From: Tissierellia bacterium
GTDB lineage: Bacteria > Bacillota > Clostridia > Tissierellales > Tepidimicrobiaceae
Assembly: GCA_036720245.1 (NCBI GenBank)
Contig: DAIMNI010000001.1
Span: forward strand, 33,053-97,052
DNA: 64,000 nt
Reading direction: 5' to 3'
Every line of letters begins with the position of its first letter. Positions within the stretch are counted from its first letter, which is position 1. This document shows, one piece after another, positions 11,182 to 20,958 of this stretch. A program made the position numbers and the translations under genes. Under the pieces are notes generated by a model that had not been told where the DNA came from, did no database searches, and was given only the letters and a program-made list of their open reading frames with translations.

Positions 11182-12651
11182 ATGGGAAAAATTCATATTT
11201 TAGGTTTAGGTCCAGGGAATCTAGATTCCTTAACTTTAGGCGTAGTAGATAGGATTAAATCGGGAGATAGAAATTATTTAAGAACCAAAAATCATCCTAC
11301 AGTAAAATACCTAATAGAAAACAATATAGATTTTGGGTCATACGACTATGCCTATGAAAGAGAAGAGGATTTTGAAAAAGTATATAAATATATAGTAGAA
11401 GACTTAATTAAAAAATCAAAGGAATATAAAAGTATCAATTATCTAGTGCCAGGTAATCCTATGGTGGCAGAAAAAACTGTAGAACTACTATTAAATGCAG
11501 AAAATGAAGATTTAGAAATAGAATTGTTCACAGGAATATCTTTTATAGAGCCTATCATTGAACTAGTAGGCATAGATCCAGTTTACGGCTTAAAGATAGC
11601 AGATGGAATAGAATTTAAAATGAAAGATATAGATATAAACCTTGATTGTATCATCACTCAAGTGTATAATGATAAAGTTGCCTCTGATATAAAGCTAATA
11701 CTATCCCAGGTTTATGGAGATGAGTACGAAATATATTTAATTAATAATGCAGGTATAATTGGCGAAGAGGAAATTTATAAAATTCCTATATATAAATTAG
11801 ATAGAATCCATAAGATAGGCAATTTGACAAGTATATATATACCTAAAGTGGATAAAATAGATAAAAAAATATACGATATAGCCGATATAATAGATATAGT
11901 AGAAATATTAAGATCAGATAAAGGTTGCCCTTGGGATAGAAAGCAAAGCCATAAATCCCTTAGAGAATGTCTAATTGAAGAGGCCTATGAGGTGGTAGAT
12001 GCTATTGATAATGAGGATATAGATGGATTAGTCGAAGAATTAGGGGATCTTCTATTTCAGATAGTGTTTCATAGCCAAATAGGTCTAGAGACGGGAGATT
12101 TTAATTTCTATAATATAACCACAGAATTAAATAAAAAAATGATTTTTCGACATCCTCATGTATTTGGCAAAAAAAAGGTAGAAAAATCTGAGGAAGTAGT
12201 ATATAATTGGAACAAACTGAAATTTAAGGATAAGGGCATTCTTACTTATACCGATACTTTAAGGGATGTACCAAGGATTTCTTCCTTACTTCGTAGTTAT
12301 AAGGTTCAAAAAAGAGCTAGGGATATTGGATTTGATTGGAATAGTGTAGACGGTGCATTGGATAAAGTAAAAGAAGAATACTATGAAGTTATTGAAGCAA
12401 TAAGTAATTTTGAAGGTGGTGATGTGTGGAAAATAGAAGAAGAACTAGGTGATTTACTATTTTCAGTAGTTAATGTATGCAGATTTTTAGATGTGAATCC
12501 AGAAATAGCACTAAATAAAACTGTAGATAAATTCATTAAAAGATTTGAAATAATGGAATTAAAAGCTGAAAAACTAGGCATAAAATTGGAAAATATGACT
12601 CTTGAAGAAATGGATGAACTCTGGAATGAAGCAAAACTACATAGAAATTAG
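11182..12651 (+). CDS. mazG: YabN-type fusion: tetrapyrrole-methylase-like domain + MazG NTP pyrophosphohydrolase
   Basis: The ATG at 11182 follows an AAGGAG RBS. The C-terminal half has two MazG repeats (EEAYEVVDAIDN...ELGDLLFQ and EEYYEVIEAISN...ELGDLLFS). Confidence 0.85.
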   Translation: MGKIHILGLGPGNLDSLTLGVVDRIKSGDRNYLRTKNHPTVKYLIENNIDFGSYDYAYEREEDFEKVYKYIVEDLIKKSKEYKSINYLVPGNPMVAEKTVELLLNAENEDLEIELFTGISFIEPIIELVGIDPVYGLKIADGIEFKMKDIDINLDCIITQVYNDKVASDIKLILSQVYGDEYEIYLINNAGIIGEEEIYKIPIYKLDRIHKIGNLTSIYIPKVDKIDKKIYDIADIIDIVEILRSDKGCPWDRKQSHKSLRECLIEEAYEVVDAIDNEDIDGLVEELGDLLFQIVFHSQIGLETGDFNFYNITTELNKKMIFRHPHVFGKKKVEKSEEVVYNWNKLKFKDKGILTYTDTLRDVPRISSLLRSYKVQKRARDIGFDWNSVDGALDKVKEEYYEVIEAISNFEGGDVWKIEEELGDLLFSVVNVCRFLDVNPEIALNKTVDKFIKRFEIMELKAEKLGIKLENMTLEEMDELWNEAKLHRN

Positions 12652-12754
12652 AAATTTGGCAAAAAATATAATAATGTTTAAAAGGATTTTTTAAAACAAT
12701 ATAGAAATAAGAAGTAAAGAGAAATTAACTATTTTATTTAAGGAGGAAAATATA

Positions 12755-13033
12755 ATGAATAAAGCTGAATTAGTTACTAGCATGGCAGAGGCAAGTAATT
12801 TGACAAAAAAGGATACAGAGGCTGCATTAAATGCATTTATGAAGGTGGTACAAGACACATTAGCATCTGGAGACAAAGTGCAATTAGTAGGATTTGGGAC
12901 TTTTGAAGTAAGAGACAGAAAAGAAAGACAAGGAAGAAACCCAAGAAACCCAGAAGAAGTTATTCAAATTCCAGCTTCAAAAGCACCTGTATTTAAAGCA
13001 GGTAAATCTTTAAAAGAAGCTGTAAATAAGTAA
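12755..13033 (+). CDS. hup: DNA-binding protein HU
   Basis: MNKAELV...GFGTFEVRDRKERQGRNPRNPEE..IPA...PVFKAGK, the canonical HU/IHF fold signature. Confidence 0.95.
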   Translation: MNKAELVTSMAEASNLTKKDTEAALNAFMKVVQDTLASGDKVQLVGFGTFEVRDRKERQGRNPRNPEEVIQIPASKAPVFKAGKSLKEAVNK

Positions 13034-13065
13034 AAAAATCAGGTCTTAGACCTGATTTTTATTTT
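13033..13065 (+). terminator. intrinsic terminator after hup
   Basis: aaaaatcaggtc-tta-gacctgattttt followed by a T-run. Confidence 0.8.
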
Positions 13066-13077
13066 ATAGGCTACTAT

Positions 13078-13148
13078 GTCATCCTGAACGTAAGTGAAGG
13101 ATCTAGATTTTCTACTGTTTAGAGATCCTTCACTACGCTCAGGATGAC
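13078..13148. repeat. REP-like palindromic element (two inverted arms of the GTCATCCTGA..GTGAAGGATCT unit)
   Basis: Left arm gtcatcctgaacgtaagtgaaggatct (13078-13104) and right arm agatccttcactacgctcaggatgac (13123-13148). A third arm occurs at 25395-25422. Confidence 0.75.
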
Positions 13149-13182
13149 AGCATTATATAATAGCAGAAAGGGGTTTGATATT

Positions 13183-13425
13183 TTGAGAATAGATAAGTAT
13201 TTAAAAAATTCTAGAATAATAAAAAGAAGACCTATAGCCAAAGAGGCCTGTGAAAAAGGTAGGGTATTTATAAATGAAAGACAAGCTAAACCAGGGGATG
13301 AAGTAAAGACAGGGGATATAGTTGAAGTAAATTTTGGTAACTCTACTATGAAAATAGAAGTATTAGAAACCTTAGACAATGTAAAAAAGGAAGATGCAAT
13401 AAAATTATATAATATTATTGATTAA
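13183..13425 (+). CDS. yabO: S4-domain RNA-binding protein (YabO/Hsp15-like)
   Basis: LRIDKYLKNSRIIKRRPIAKEACEKGRVFINERQAKPGDEV S4 motif. I prefer the TTG at 13183 behind AGAAAGGGG; the track ATG at 13144 lies inside the palindromic repeat. Confidence 0.8.
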   Translation: MRIDKYLKNSRIIKRRPIAKEACEKGRVFINERQAKPGDEVKTGDIVEVNFGNSTMKIEVLETLDNVKKEDAIKLYNIID

Positions 13426-13452
13426 AGGCTTTTGTAATAAAAGCCTTTTTTT
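13424..13452 (+). terminator. intrinsic terminator after yabO
   Basis: aaaggctttt-gtaat-aaaagccttt followed by a T-run. Confidence 0.75.
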
Positions 13453-13503
13453 GTTCATAAATATAATAAGAACGTATTTTGTCAATTTGAAAGGGGGATA
13501 AAA

Positions 13504-13785
13504 GTGGCTGATGGGAAGATGGATTTTAAAAACCAAAATATATTAGTTGAAAATAGGTCTAAAGTAACAATTACAGGTGTAGAGCAGGTGGAGAGCTTTA
13601 ATGAAAATACAATAGTTCTAATAACTGCTAAGGGAGGCATGATTATCAAAGGAGAAGGCCTTAATGTGGGGAAATTAAACATAGACGATGGAAATGTGAG
13701 AATAGAGGGTATTATCAACGGAATTACCTATAGCGACAAGGATTTATCCCAAAAAGGTAATATTATCGGAAAATTATTTAAATAA
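13504..13785 (+). CDS. yabP: sporulation protein YabP
   Basis: 93 aa. NILVENRSKVTITGVEQVESFNENTIVL...GEGLNVGKLNIDDG matches the YabP family pattern. Conserved yabP-yabQ-divIC order. Confidence 0.85.
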   Translation: MADGKMDFKNQNILVENRSKVTITGVEQVESFNENTIVLITAKGGMIIKGEGLNVGKLNIDDGNVRIEGIINGITYSDKDLSQKGNIIGKLFK

Positions 13786-13797
13786 TATGGAGAGAAT

Positions 13798-14289
13798 ATG
13801 ATGGATACCACTACAAAGATTCAATTTTATATTTTTCTAACTTCTATTTATGGGGGCTTGATAGCAGGGCTGGCTTATGATATATATAGAATAAGCAGAC
13901 TTTGTTTTAAGCCTAATAAACTAGCCACCTTAATAGAGGACTTTCTATTTTGGATAGGTATTGGGGTAATTTTCTTTTATCTACTAAATAAAAACAATTG
14001 GGTGGAGTTGAGGGCTTATATATTTATAGGTTTTTTTGGGGGAGGCATATTATATTTAAAAGTATTAAGCAGATTTTTATCACCTTTATTATTAAAAATT
14101 TTTAATGGAATTATTCATATTTTTAAATTTACCAAGAATTTTATAAGCCTTCCCTTTAGAAAAGTTAGAAAAACTCTAAATCCTAAGATAATTAAGCTTA
14201 AAAGGCTTAAAAGGGTTCCTAAAGAAGCTGCCTCAGAAATAAAAAAATATAGTAAAGTTATTTTTAAAAAAAAGAAGAAGAAAAAATAG
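13798..14289 (+). CDS. yabQ: spore cortex biosynthesis protein YabQ
   Basis: Small multi-TM protein (GGLIAGLAYDIYR) immediately after yabP, with a basic C-tail. Confidence 0.75.
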   Translation: MMDTTTKIQFYIFLTSIYGGLIAGLAYDIYRISRLCFKPNKLATLIEDFLFWIGIGVIFFYLLNKNNWVELRAYIFIGFFGGGILYLKVLSRFLSPLLLKIFNGIIHIFKFTKNFISLPFRKVRKTLNPKIIKLKRLKRVPKEAASEIKKYSKVIFKKKKKKK

Positions 14290-14334
14290 AGGATTATTAA
14301 CTTTTATGGAGAATATATATGGTAGGTGATATAT

Positions 14335-14643
14335 ATGAAAAAGAAAAAAGGTTTTAGACTAAAACATTTATTATTATTTTTATTTGTATTTTGGCTTGGG
14401 AAATCTCTGATAAGTCAGAAAACCACTATAAAAAGCACAGAAAAGGAAATACTACAAAAAAAAGAAGAAATTACAAAAATAGAAAAGGAAATAGAAGAAT
14501 TAAATAAAGAAATAGAAGAAAAAGACTCTTTAGATTTTGTGGAGAAGGTGGCAAGGGAAGAGTTTAAAATGGTAAAGCCTAGGGAGATAATGTATATAGA
14601 TAAAAATAAAGACAAGGCACCTTTTGTAAACTCTAGAAAATAG
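14335..14643 (+). CDS. divIC: septum formation initiator (FtsB/DivIC family)
   Basis: N-terminal TM followed by a coiled coil (EKEILQKKEEITKIEKEIEELNKEIEE) and ...VEKVAREEFKMVKPREI. The ATG at 14335 follows a GGTAGGTG RBS. Confidence 0.8.
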   Translation: MKKKKGFRLKHLLLFLFVFWLGKSLISQKTTIKSTEKEILQKKEEITKIEKEIEELNKEIEEKDSLDFVEKVAREEFKMVKPREIMYIDKNKDKAPFVNSRK

Positions 14644-14720
14644 TAGTATTATTTGACAATTTGGGTATTCTAATATATACTAAAAGGAGAATATATTTTA
14701 TAAGGAGGAATTGTTTATTT

Positions 14721-15134
14721 ATGCCCATAACTGTTGGTAAAGTAGTTGAGGGCACTGTCACAGGTATTACAAACTTTGGCGCATTTATTCAATTGCCAGG
14801 TGGGGATAGTGGATTAGTCCATATTTCGGAAATATCTGATGACTATGTGGAAAAAGTAACCGACTACTTGAAAAAAGATCAAAAAGTAAAAGTGAAAGTT
14901 TTATCAATATCTAAGGATGGCAAAATAAGTCTCTCTATTAGACAAGCTAAGCCTAAGACTACTAATCCTATTGAAATTGATTGGGATAAAACAGATGAGC
15001 AGCAGAAAAGTATGTCCTTTGAAGATAAGCTTTCTAAATTCCTAAAGGATAGTAATGAAAAGCAAGATCAACTAAAAAGTAGAGAAAGCAGAAGAGGGCC
15101 TGGGCAAAGATTTAAAGGATCAACTAATTTTTAG
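14721..15134 (+). CDS. yabR: S1-domain RNA-binding protein (YabR-like)
   Basis: The ATG at 14721 follows AAGGAGG (14702-14708). GKVVEGTVTGITNFGAFIQLPGGDSGLVHISE is an S1 OB-fold. Confidence 0.85.
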   Translation: MPITVGKVVEGTVTGITNFGAFIQLPGGDSGLVHISEISDDYVEKVTDYLKKDQKVKVKVLSISKDGKISLSIRQAKPKTTNPIEIDWDKTDEQQKSMSFEDKLSKFLKDSNEKQDQLKSRESRRGPGQRFKGSTNF

Positions 15135-15197
15135 TACCTAGGGCTAATATTTGTTGATTAACAATTTAGTATCTTTAAAAATTCAAGCATGGAATTA

Positions 15198-15223
15198 TAA
15201 AACCGGATTTCTCCGGTTTTTTT
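15198..15223 (+). terminator. intrinsic terminator after yabR
   Basis: aaaaccgga-tttc-tccggtttt followed by a T-run. Confidence 0.8.
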
Positions 15224-15431
15224 AATGTAAAAATATACTTTATATTAATCTTAGATTAACATAAAGTTCATAAAACGTAAAAACAAGCAATTAGGCCAGT
15301 TTCAAAATAAAAGACAAAATTATACAATATGTAAAAAATAAGTGTTTTATAGTGCTAAGCCTCATAAAACCTAGATTATAGCCTTAATCCTCTATTACAT
15401 TACATAAGGAAATAATGGGTAAAATGAATTG

Positions 15432-15501
15432 TTTTTGTCAATAAATTCTTATTTTCAAAGGATAGATATTGACAAAAAAATCCTTCTTCATTTGCTACTA
15501 T
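15432..15501 (+). promoter_or_regulatory. candidate spoIIE promoter with long spacer and flanking 11-bp inverted repeat
   Basis: TTTTTGTCAAT (15432-15442) and ATTGACAAAAA (15468-15478) form an inverted repeat. TTGACA (15469-15474), 21-nt spacer, TACTAT (15496-15501). Confidence 0.35.
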
Positions 15502-15532
15502 AGATATAAATATATTATATGGGGGGATGGCA

Positions 15533-17875
15533 ATGTTTAAGGCAGAATTTATTTTACCTAAAAATAAAAGGTTTAACAAAATGTTAGAATTGAACAGCTC
15601 CTATTTTCTAACTATTATATTAGCCTTCTTTATTGGTAGAGCAAATATAATGGACAAACTGACACCTTTTGGCATTGCATTTATTTCGGCTTATATTATT
15701 ACAGGCAAGTTTAATTTATATCTATTTTTATCTACAATGCTAGGAATGTTTACATTCCAAGGACTAGGCGGATTAGAATATCTTTTAGCCATGAGTCTAA
15801 TTTTCATTTCATACAATAGATATGAAAAGTTAGCAAAAACTACCCTAATCAAATCCTCATTGATGGTAGGCATTGTATTTACATTTACAAGAGCTTTTAT
15901 TTTATTATTATTCAGAAATGTATTTTTATATGATATTTTTGTTATTTTTTTTGAAGGGCTAACGGTTTTCACTTTAAGCTATATATTTTCCTACAGCATA
16001 TCTACAGAATCAGTAAATAAGGCCTATACTAATGAAAAAATAATCTGTTCTTTTATTGTGGTATCTTTAATAATTTCTGGCATAGGAGATTTAAATATAT
16101 TAGGCATGTCCATTAAAAATATTATAAACACAGTGCTAATTCTTTATTTTGCCTATTCAGAAGGTGCCCTTATAGGTGGGGCAATAGGTATATCATTAGG
16201 ACTGACAAATTACATTTCCCAAACAGAAATGCCATTTATACTGTCTATTTATGCCCTTGGAGGATTATTGTCCGGTGTCTTTAGAGAATTGGGGAAAATT
16301 GGTTCTATACTAGGCTTTTTAGTAGGGACAAGTATTATAAGTTTTTATATTAATGGCTATATAATTAGTTTTATTAATTTAAAAGAGATAATACTATCTA
16401 TTATTATTTTCTACATTATCTACAAGCCTTTAAATCAGTGTATTTCTAATTATATAGATATAGCAGTAGGAAGGGATAAGGAACAAAATTATTTTCGAAG
16501 AAAAGAACAATTAATCGTAGATAGATTAAAAGAAGCATCTAATTTATTTAAAGATTTAGGAAAAAATTTTAGAAATTCTACAGAAATGGACTTTACCATT
16601 GACCCTAAGGAAGTCTATGGGCTAGTAGATGATGTGGCCAATTCTATTTGTGCTAAATGCGGTATGAGGAGATTTTGCTGGGAGGAGGGATTTTACACCA
16701 CTTATTATGCCATATTTAACATGGTATCCCTATTAGAAGAGAAAAAATCCCTAACAGAAAACAATATACCTGTATCTATTAGGGATTATTGTATTAATAA
16801 AGAAAAATTAATAGAAGAAATAAATAGGCATTTTGCCACTTTTAAAACAAATCATATATGGAAGAAGAAAATTTTTGAAAATAGAATTTTAGTATCAGAT
16901 CAATTACAAGAGGTATCAAATATTATTGAAAATATGTCCAAGGATATATATGTAAATCCTATTTTCAAAGAGGATATTGAGGAAGTAATATTTGCCAATT
17001 TAAAAAACAACAAAGTGGATGTAAGAAGTGTAACAGTAATAGAATTGGAGGAAAAGAACTTTGAAATTTATATAGATGTAGATAAGGCCTATAAAAGAAT
17101 AAATTCAGGGGAAAACATAAAAAAAATAGTGTCAGATTCTATTAATACTTCTTTAAAATTATGTATAGTCCATGGTAAAACTGAGGGGGAGGCGGCAAAA
17201 TATAAACTTATTAAAAATAATAGATACAATGCTTTAACTAGGGTAATATCAGAGCCCAACGGTATTAATAATGTTTCTGGAGATAATTATACCTTTGGGG
17301 AAGAGGAAAATGACTATTTTGTTGCACTATCTGATGGTATGGGGGTAGGGAGCAGGGCAAATGCTGAAAGTAGTATTGCCATCAATTTATTGGAATCCTT
17401 CCTAGAAGCTAAATTTGATAAGTCACTAGCCTTAAGGACTATTAATTCTATATTAAGATTAAAATCTAATGATGAAATTTTTGCAACTTTAGATATATCC
17501 CTATTAGATTTATGTACGGGAAAATTACAAATAATAAAATCTGGCTCCTCGGCTACCTTTATTAAGAAAAAAGACAAAGTAAAAACAATCAATCCCAATT
17601 CATTACCAGTAGGAATATTAAAGGATGTGGATTTTAATATATATGAAGAGTATTTAGAAGATGGGGATATTGTAATTATGATGTCAGATGGGGTATTAGA
17701 AGCCAATGAAGGCATTTTAAATAAGGAAAAATGGATTAAAAATATAATAGAAGATATAGATAGTTTAAATCCAAACATCATAGCAGAGACCATATTAAAT
17801 AAGGCCAAAGAACATTCTAATAGTAAAAAGGATGATATGACTATTTTAGTTACGAAAATTTGGAAAACAGTATAA
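15533..17875 (+). CDS. spoIIE: stage II sporulation protein E (membrane PP2C phosphatase)
   Basis: About 10 N-terminal TM helices, a central regulatory region, and a C-terminal PP2C domain (FVALSDGMGVGSRA ... IVIMMSDGVLE ... DDMTILV). The ATG at 15533 has better RBS spacing than 15527. Confidence 0.9.
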   Translation: MFKAEFILPKNKRFNKMLELNSSYFLTIILAFFIGRANIMDKLTPFGIAFISAYIITGKFNLYLFLSTMLGMFTFQGLGGLEYLLAMSLIFISYNRYEKLAKTTLIKSSLMVGIVFTFTRAFILLLFRNVFLYDIFVIFFEGLTVFTLSYIFSYSISTESVNKAYTNEKIICSFIVVSLIISGIGDLNILGMSIKNIINTVLILYFAYSEGALIGGAIGISLGLTNYISQTEMPFILSIYALGGLLSGVFRELGKIGSILGFLVGTSIISFYINGYIISFINLKEIILSIIIFYIIYKPLNQCISNYIDIAVGRDKEQNYFRRKEQLIVDRLKEASNLFKDLGKNFRNSTEMDFTIDPKEVYGLVDDVANSICAKCGMRRFCWEEGFYTTYYAIFNMVSLLEEKKSLTENNIPVSIRDYCINKEKLIEEINRHFATFKTNHIWKKKIFENRILVSDQLQEVSNIIENMSKDIYVNPIFKEDIEEVIFANLKNNKVDVRSVTVIELEEKNFEIYIDVDKAYKRINSGENIKKIVSDSINTSLKLCIVHGKTEGEAAKYKLIKNNRYNALTRVISEPNGINNVSGDNYTFGEEENDYFVALSDGMGVGSRANAESSIAINLLESFLEAKFDKSLALRTINSILRLKSNDEIFATLDISLLDLCTGKLQIIKSGSSATFIKKKDKVKTINPNSLPVGILKDVDFNIYEEYLEDGDIVIMMSDGVLEANEGILNKEKWIKNIIEDIDSLNPNIIAETILNKAKEHSNSKKDDMTILVTKIWKTV

Positions 17876-17923
17876 ATTTTATAACTTAGTCAATAATCTT
17901 TAAAAACTATAGGAGGGAGTTTA

Positions 17924-18613
17924 ATGCTAAAACAGATAATAATCATTTCTGATGGGCAGTCTAATATGGGTCCAAATCCCGTAGATGTAGCTGCATTAGC
18001 TTTTGATAATTCTATTATGGTAAACACTATAGGGATTATTGACAATGAGAAAAACACATTAGCAATTTTTGAATTAGAAAGTATTGCAGAACATGGAGGT
18101 GGAATATGCGAATTAAGCAATATAAACAATCTTTCAGAAGCCTTGAGTAGGATAACGGTAAAATCTATTTATAATACTGTAGAGGAAATGGTAAGTCAAG
18201 AATTAAAAGAAATACTAGATTTGAATATAGAGGAAATCAATCCTAAAGAAAGGCATAAATTTGTAAGGCTTATAGATAAAATTGGAGATGAAATTGATTT
18301 AAGATGTTTAATATTATTGGACATTAGTGGCAGCATGAGAAATAAAATAGAAATAGCAAAGAAAAGTATATTTGAATTATTGCTTTTTTTAGAAGAGAGA
18401 ATAGGAGAGAATCACATAGGAGTTATGGTATTTCCATATAAAAATAGTAATTGTAAATTATTATGTGATTTTACACAGGATATAGATGTTTTAAAAAAAG
18501 AAATTGAAATAGTTGAAACAGGCGGAAATACTCCCACAGGTTTTGCTATTGAAGAGGCTATAAAGATATTTGTCAAGGACGAGGAGTATTCAATATATAA
18601 TGATATAATTTAG
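17924..18613 (+). CDS. yabS: YabS-like vWA-domain protein
   Basis: IIIISDGQSN and LILLDISGSM (MIDAS-type DxSxS) blocks in the order I recall for B. subtilis YabS. Conserved spoIIE-yabS-yabT-tilS synteny. Confidence 0.7.
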   Translation: MLKQIIIISDGQSNMGPNPVDVAALAFDNSIMVNTIGIIDNEKNTLAIFELESIAEHGGGICELSNINNLSEALSRITVKSIYNTVEEMVSQELKEILDLNIEEINPKERHKFVRLIDKIGDEIDLRCLILLDISGSMRNKIEIAKKSIFELLLFLEERIGENHIGVMVFPYKNSNCKLLCDFTQDIDVLKKEIEIVETGGNTPTGFAIEEAIKIFVKDEEYSIYNDII

Positions 18614-18620
18614 GTGAATT

Positions 18621-19538
18621 ATGAATATAGTAGGGAAATGGAATAAAAACAAATATAAAATTATTAAAGCCATTGGCAGAGGAAATTTTGGGAAAGTTTA
18701 TAAGGGACAAGACCTTATGGGAAATATTGTGGCTATTAAAATATCCAAAGAATTATTGTCATTAACTAATGAACACAATGGATTATTAAAATTCAAAAAT
18801 ATGGATTTTGTACCCACAATTTATGATTTTGATGATTGGGAATGCAATGGGGAAATATATCATTTTGTTGTAATGGATTATATTTTGGGGAAAACTTTAA
18901 AGGAAATAGGTAAAAGCAATCAGTTAAATACTAGGCATATATTTAAAATTGGTCTAAGACTTTTAGATATAATGAAAAAAATAGATAATTTAGGATATAA
19001 ATATACTGATATAAAATTAGAAAATATTATATTAACTCAATCTGGAGATATATATTTAATTGATTATGGTTCCTTAGTGGAAAAAGATAAACCTACTAAG
19101 GAATATACTCAAGTTTATAATATTAATTCTTGGAATGTAAAATATAAATATAATTTAGAAAAAAGCATATTATTTAGTATAAATATGATACTAATAAATT
19201 TGATTGGAAATTTTGAGTATAATCCTATACAATATAGTTTGGAAAATTTAATAAATAGGGTTTATAAATTCCATATAAGTAGGGCGGAAAAAGAATTTCT
19301 TGTAAAAGGGCTAAAAGGTAAATTTAATAGTTTTAGTGAATATGAAAATTCTTTAAAAAAACTATTAAATAAGGGAAAATCTAATAGAAATTTAAGCAAA
19401 ATTGACTATATTTTAATTTTTTCCATAGTCAGTTTTGTTTTTGTGTTTTTAATAGGCTTAAAAAGAATTTTTTATTTTATATTAATTGTAAATTTGTTGA
19501 AATTCTATGGGGATTCATATAAGATTAAGAGGGAATAA
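18621..19538 (+). CDS. yabT: YabT-like membrane-anchored Ser/Thr protein kinase
   Basis: Hanks kinase motifs GRGNFGKVYKG, VAIK, YTDIKLENIIL (non-RD) and LIDYGS. One C-terminal TM (ILIFSIVSFVFVFLIGL) and no extracellular domain. Confidence 0.75.
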   Translation: MNIVGKWNKNKYKIIKAIGRGNFGKVYKGQDLMGNIVAIKISKELLSLTNEHNGLLKFKNMDFVPTIYDFDDWECNGEIYHFVVMDYILGKTLKEIGKSNQLNTRHIFKIGLRLLDIMKKIDNLGYKYTDIKLENIILTQSGDIYLIDYGSLVEKDKPTKEYTQVYNINSWNVKYKYNLEKSILFSINMILINLIGNFEYNPIQYSLENLINRVYKFHISRAEKEFLVKGLKGKFNSFSEYENSLKKLLNKGKSNRNLSKIDYILIFSIVSFVFVFLIGLKRIFYFILIVNLLKFYGDSYKIKRE

Positions 19539-19558
19539 TCTATTTGTAGGTGATATTA

Positions 19559-20947
19559 ATGAAAGAAAGGGTATTAAAAAATATTAGAGAATACAATTTA
19601 ATCGAAGATGGAGATAATGTGGTAATAGGCCTTTCAGGAGGGCCAGATTCTATGGCACTTCTCTATGTATTATTAGAAATAGTAGAAATAGACTTTAATA
19701 TTTATATAGCTCATGTAAACCATGGGGTAAGAGGAGAAGAAGCTTTAGCTGATGAAATCTTTGTAGAAAATTTAGCTAAGAAATTAAATCTACCCTATTA
19801 TTCAACTCAGGTAAATATGAATGAATATGCTAAAGCAAAAGGGATTTCTTCTGAAGAGGCTGGGCGAGAATTACGCTATGGTTTTTTTCGTAAAATTTTA
19901 AATGAAATTGGTGGGGGAAAAATTGCAGTAGCCCATAATAAAAATGATCAGGCAGAAACTTTATTAATGAGAATCTTTAGAGGAACAGGAATAGATGGAC
20001 TTAGAGGAATGGATTTTATTTCTAGAGATATAATTAGACCAATTTTAAATATTGAAAGAGCTGAAATAGAAAAATATTTAGAGGATAAAGATATAGAAAC
20101 TAGATTAGACAAAACTAATTTAGAGAATATATATAGTAGAAATAAAATAAGATTAGAATTAATTCCCTATATTGAAGAAAATTTTAATCCAAATATTATA
20201 GATACACTGTGGAGAACATCTAGAATTGCTACTATCGATAGTGATTTTTTAGAAAAACATACGGAAAAAATCTATAATAATATGATGAAAAAAAGGGGAA
20301 AACATAGTATAATTTTAGATAGGAAGCTTTTTTTAGAAGAAGGGCGAAGTATTCAGCAAAGAATAATTAGAAATAGCATAATAGATATAAATGGTAGTGT
20401 TCAAGGAATTACAGAAAAACATATAGCCTATATATTAAATTTATTTATAGACGGAGATACTGGCAAAAGCATAGATATAATAGATAATTTAATAGCTAAG
20501 ACAAGCTATGAAGAATTAATTATTGAAAAAAAGAGGAAAGTCAAAAAAAAGGACTATTTATATGAGATACCTATTGAGGATACTATATATATCGGGGATT
20601 TGGGATTAAAAGTGAATACAGAATTGACTACTGTAGATAATATAGACTTTAATAGTATAGATAGCTTCACTAAGTATTTTGATTTTAATAAAATAAATGG
20701 TAAATTATATATTAGAAATAGGAAAAATGGAGATCGTTTCTTCCCCTACGGAATGGAAGGAAGCAAAAAAATTAAAGATTATTTTATAGATGAAAAAATT
20801 CCAAAAGATAAAAGGGACGAAATTCCAATTTTAATTGATAATGAAAATATTATTTGGATAGTAGGTTATAGAATTAGCAATTTATACAAAATAACAGAAT
20901 GTACAGAGAAGGTATTAAAAATATCTTTTAATAATATTCAGATTTGA
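19559..20947 (+). CDS. tilS: tRNA(Ile)-lysidine synthase
   Basis: PP-loop GLSGGPDSMAL, AHVNHGVRGEE, and a C-terminal TilS substrate domain. ATG at 19559 (track GTG at 19550 is possible). Confidence 0.9.
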   Translation: MKERVLKNIREYNLIEDGDNVVIGLSGGPDSMALLYVLLEIVEIDFNIYIAHVNHGVRGEEALADEIFVENLAKKLNLPYYSTQVNMNEYAKAKGISSEEAGRELRYGFFRKILNEIGGGKIAVAHNKNDQAETLLMRIFRGTGIDGLRGMDFISRDIIRPILNIERAEIEKYLEDKDIETRLDKTNLENIYSRNKIRLELIPYIEENFNPNIIDTLWRTSRIATIDSDFLEKHTEKIYNNMMKKRGKHSIILDRKLFLEEGRSIQQRIIRNSIIDINGSVQGITEKHIAYILNLFIDGDTGKSIDIIDNLIAKTSYEELIIEKKRKVKKKDYLYEIPIEDTIYIGDLGLKVNTELTTVDNIDFNSIDSFTKYFDFNKINGKLYIRNRKNGDRFFPYGMEGSKKIKDYFIDEKIPKDKRDEIPILIDNENIIWIVGYRISNLYKITECTEKVLKISFNNIQI

Positions 20948-20958
20948 GGAGGGGTAAG

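Noticed and set aside
15135-15526. tRNA genes between yabR and spoIIE (as in B. subtilis)
   Set aside because: No GTTCGAATC-type T-arm, acceptor-stem complementarity or CCA context is visible. The region is AT-rich, with only a terminator and promoter-like elements.
17314-17808. Long antisense ORFs here and at 24895-25332, 26324-26761, 30204-30632, 43468-43923, 43969-44289, 58708-59022 and 60504-60824
   Set aside because: Each lies fully inside a confidently identified plus-strand gene. There are no start signals and the composition is an artefact of codon bias.
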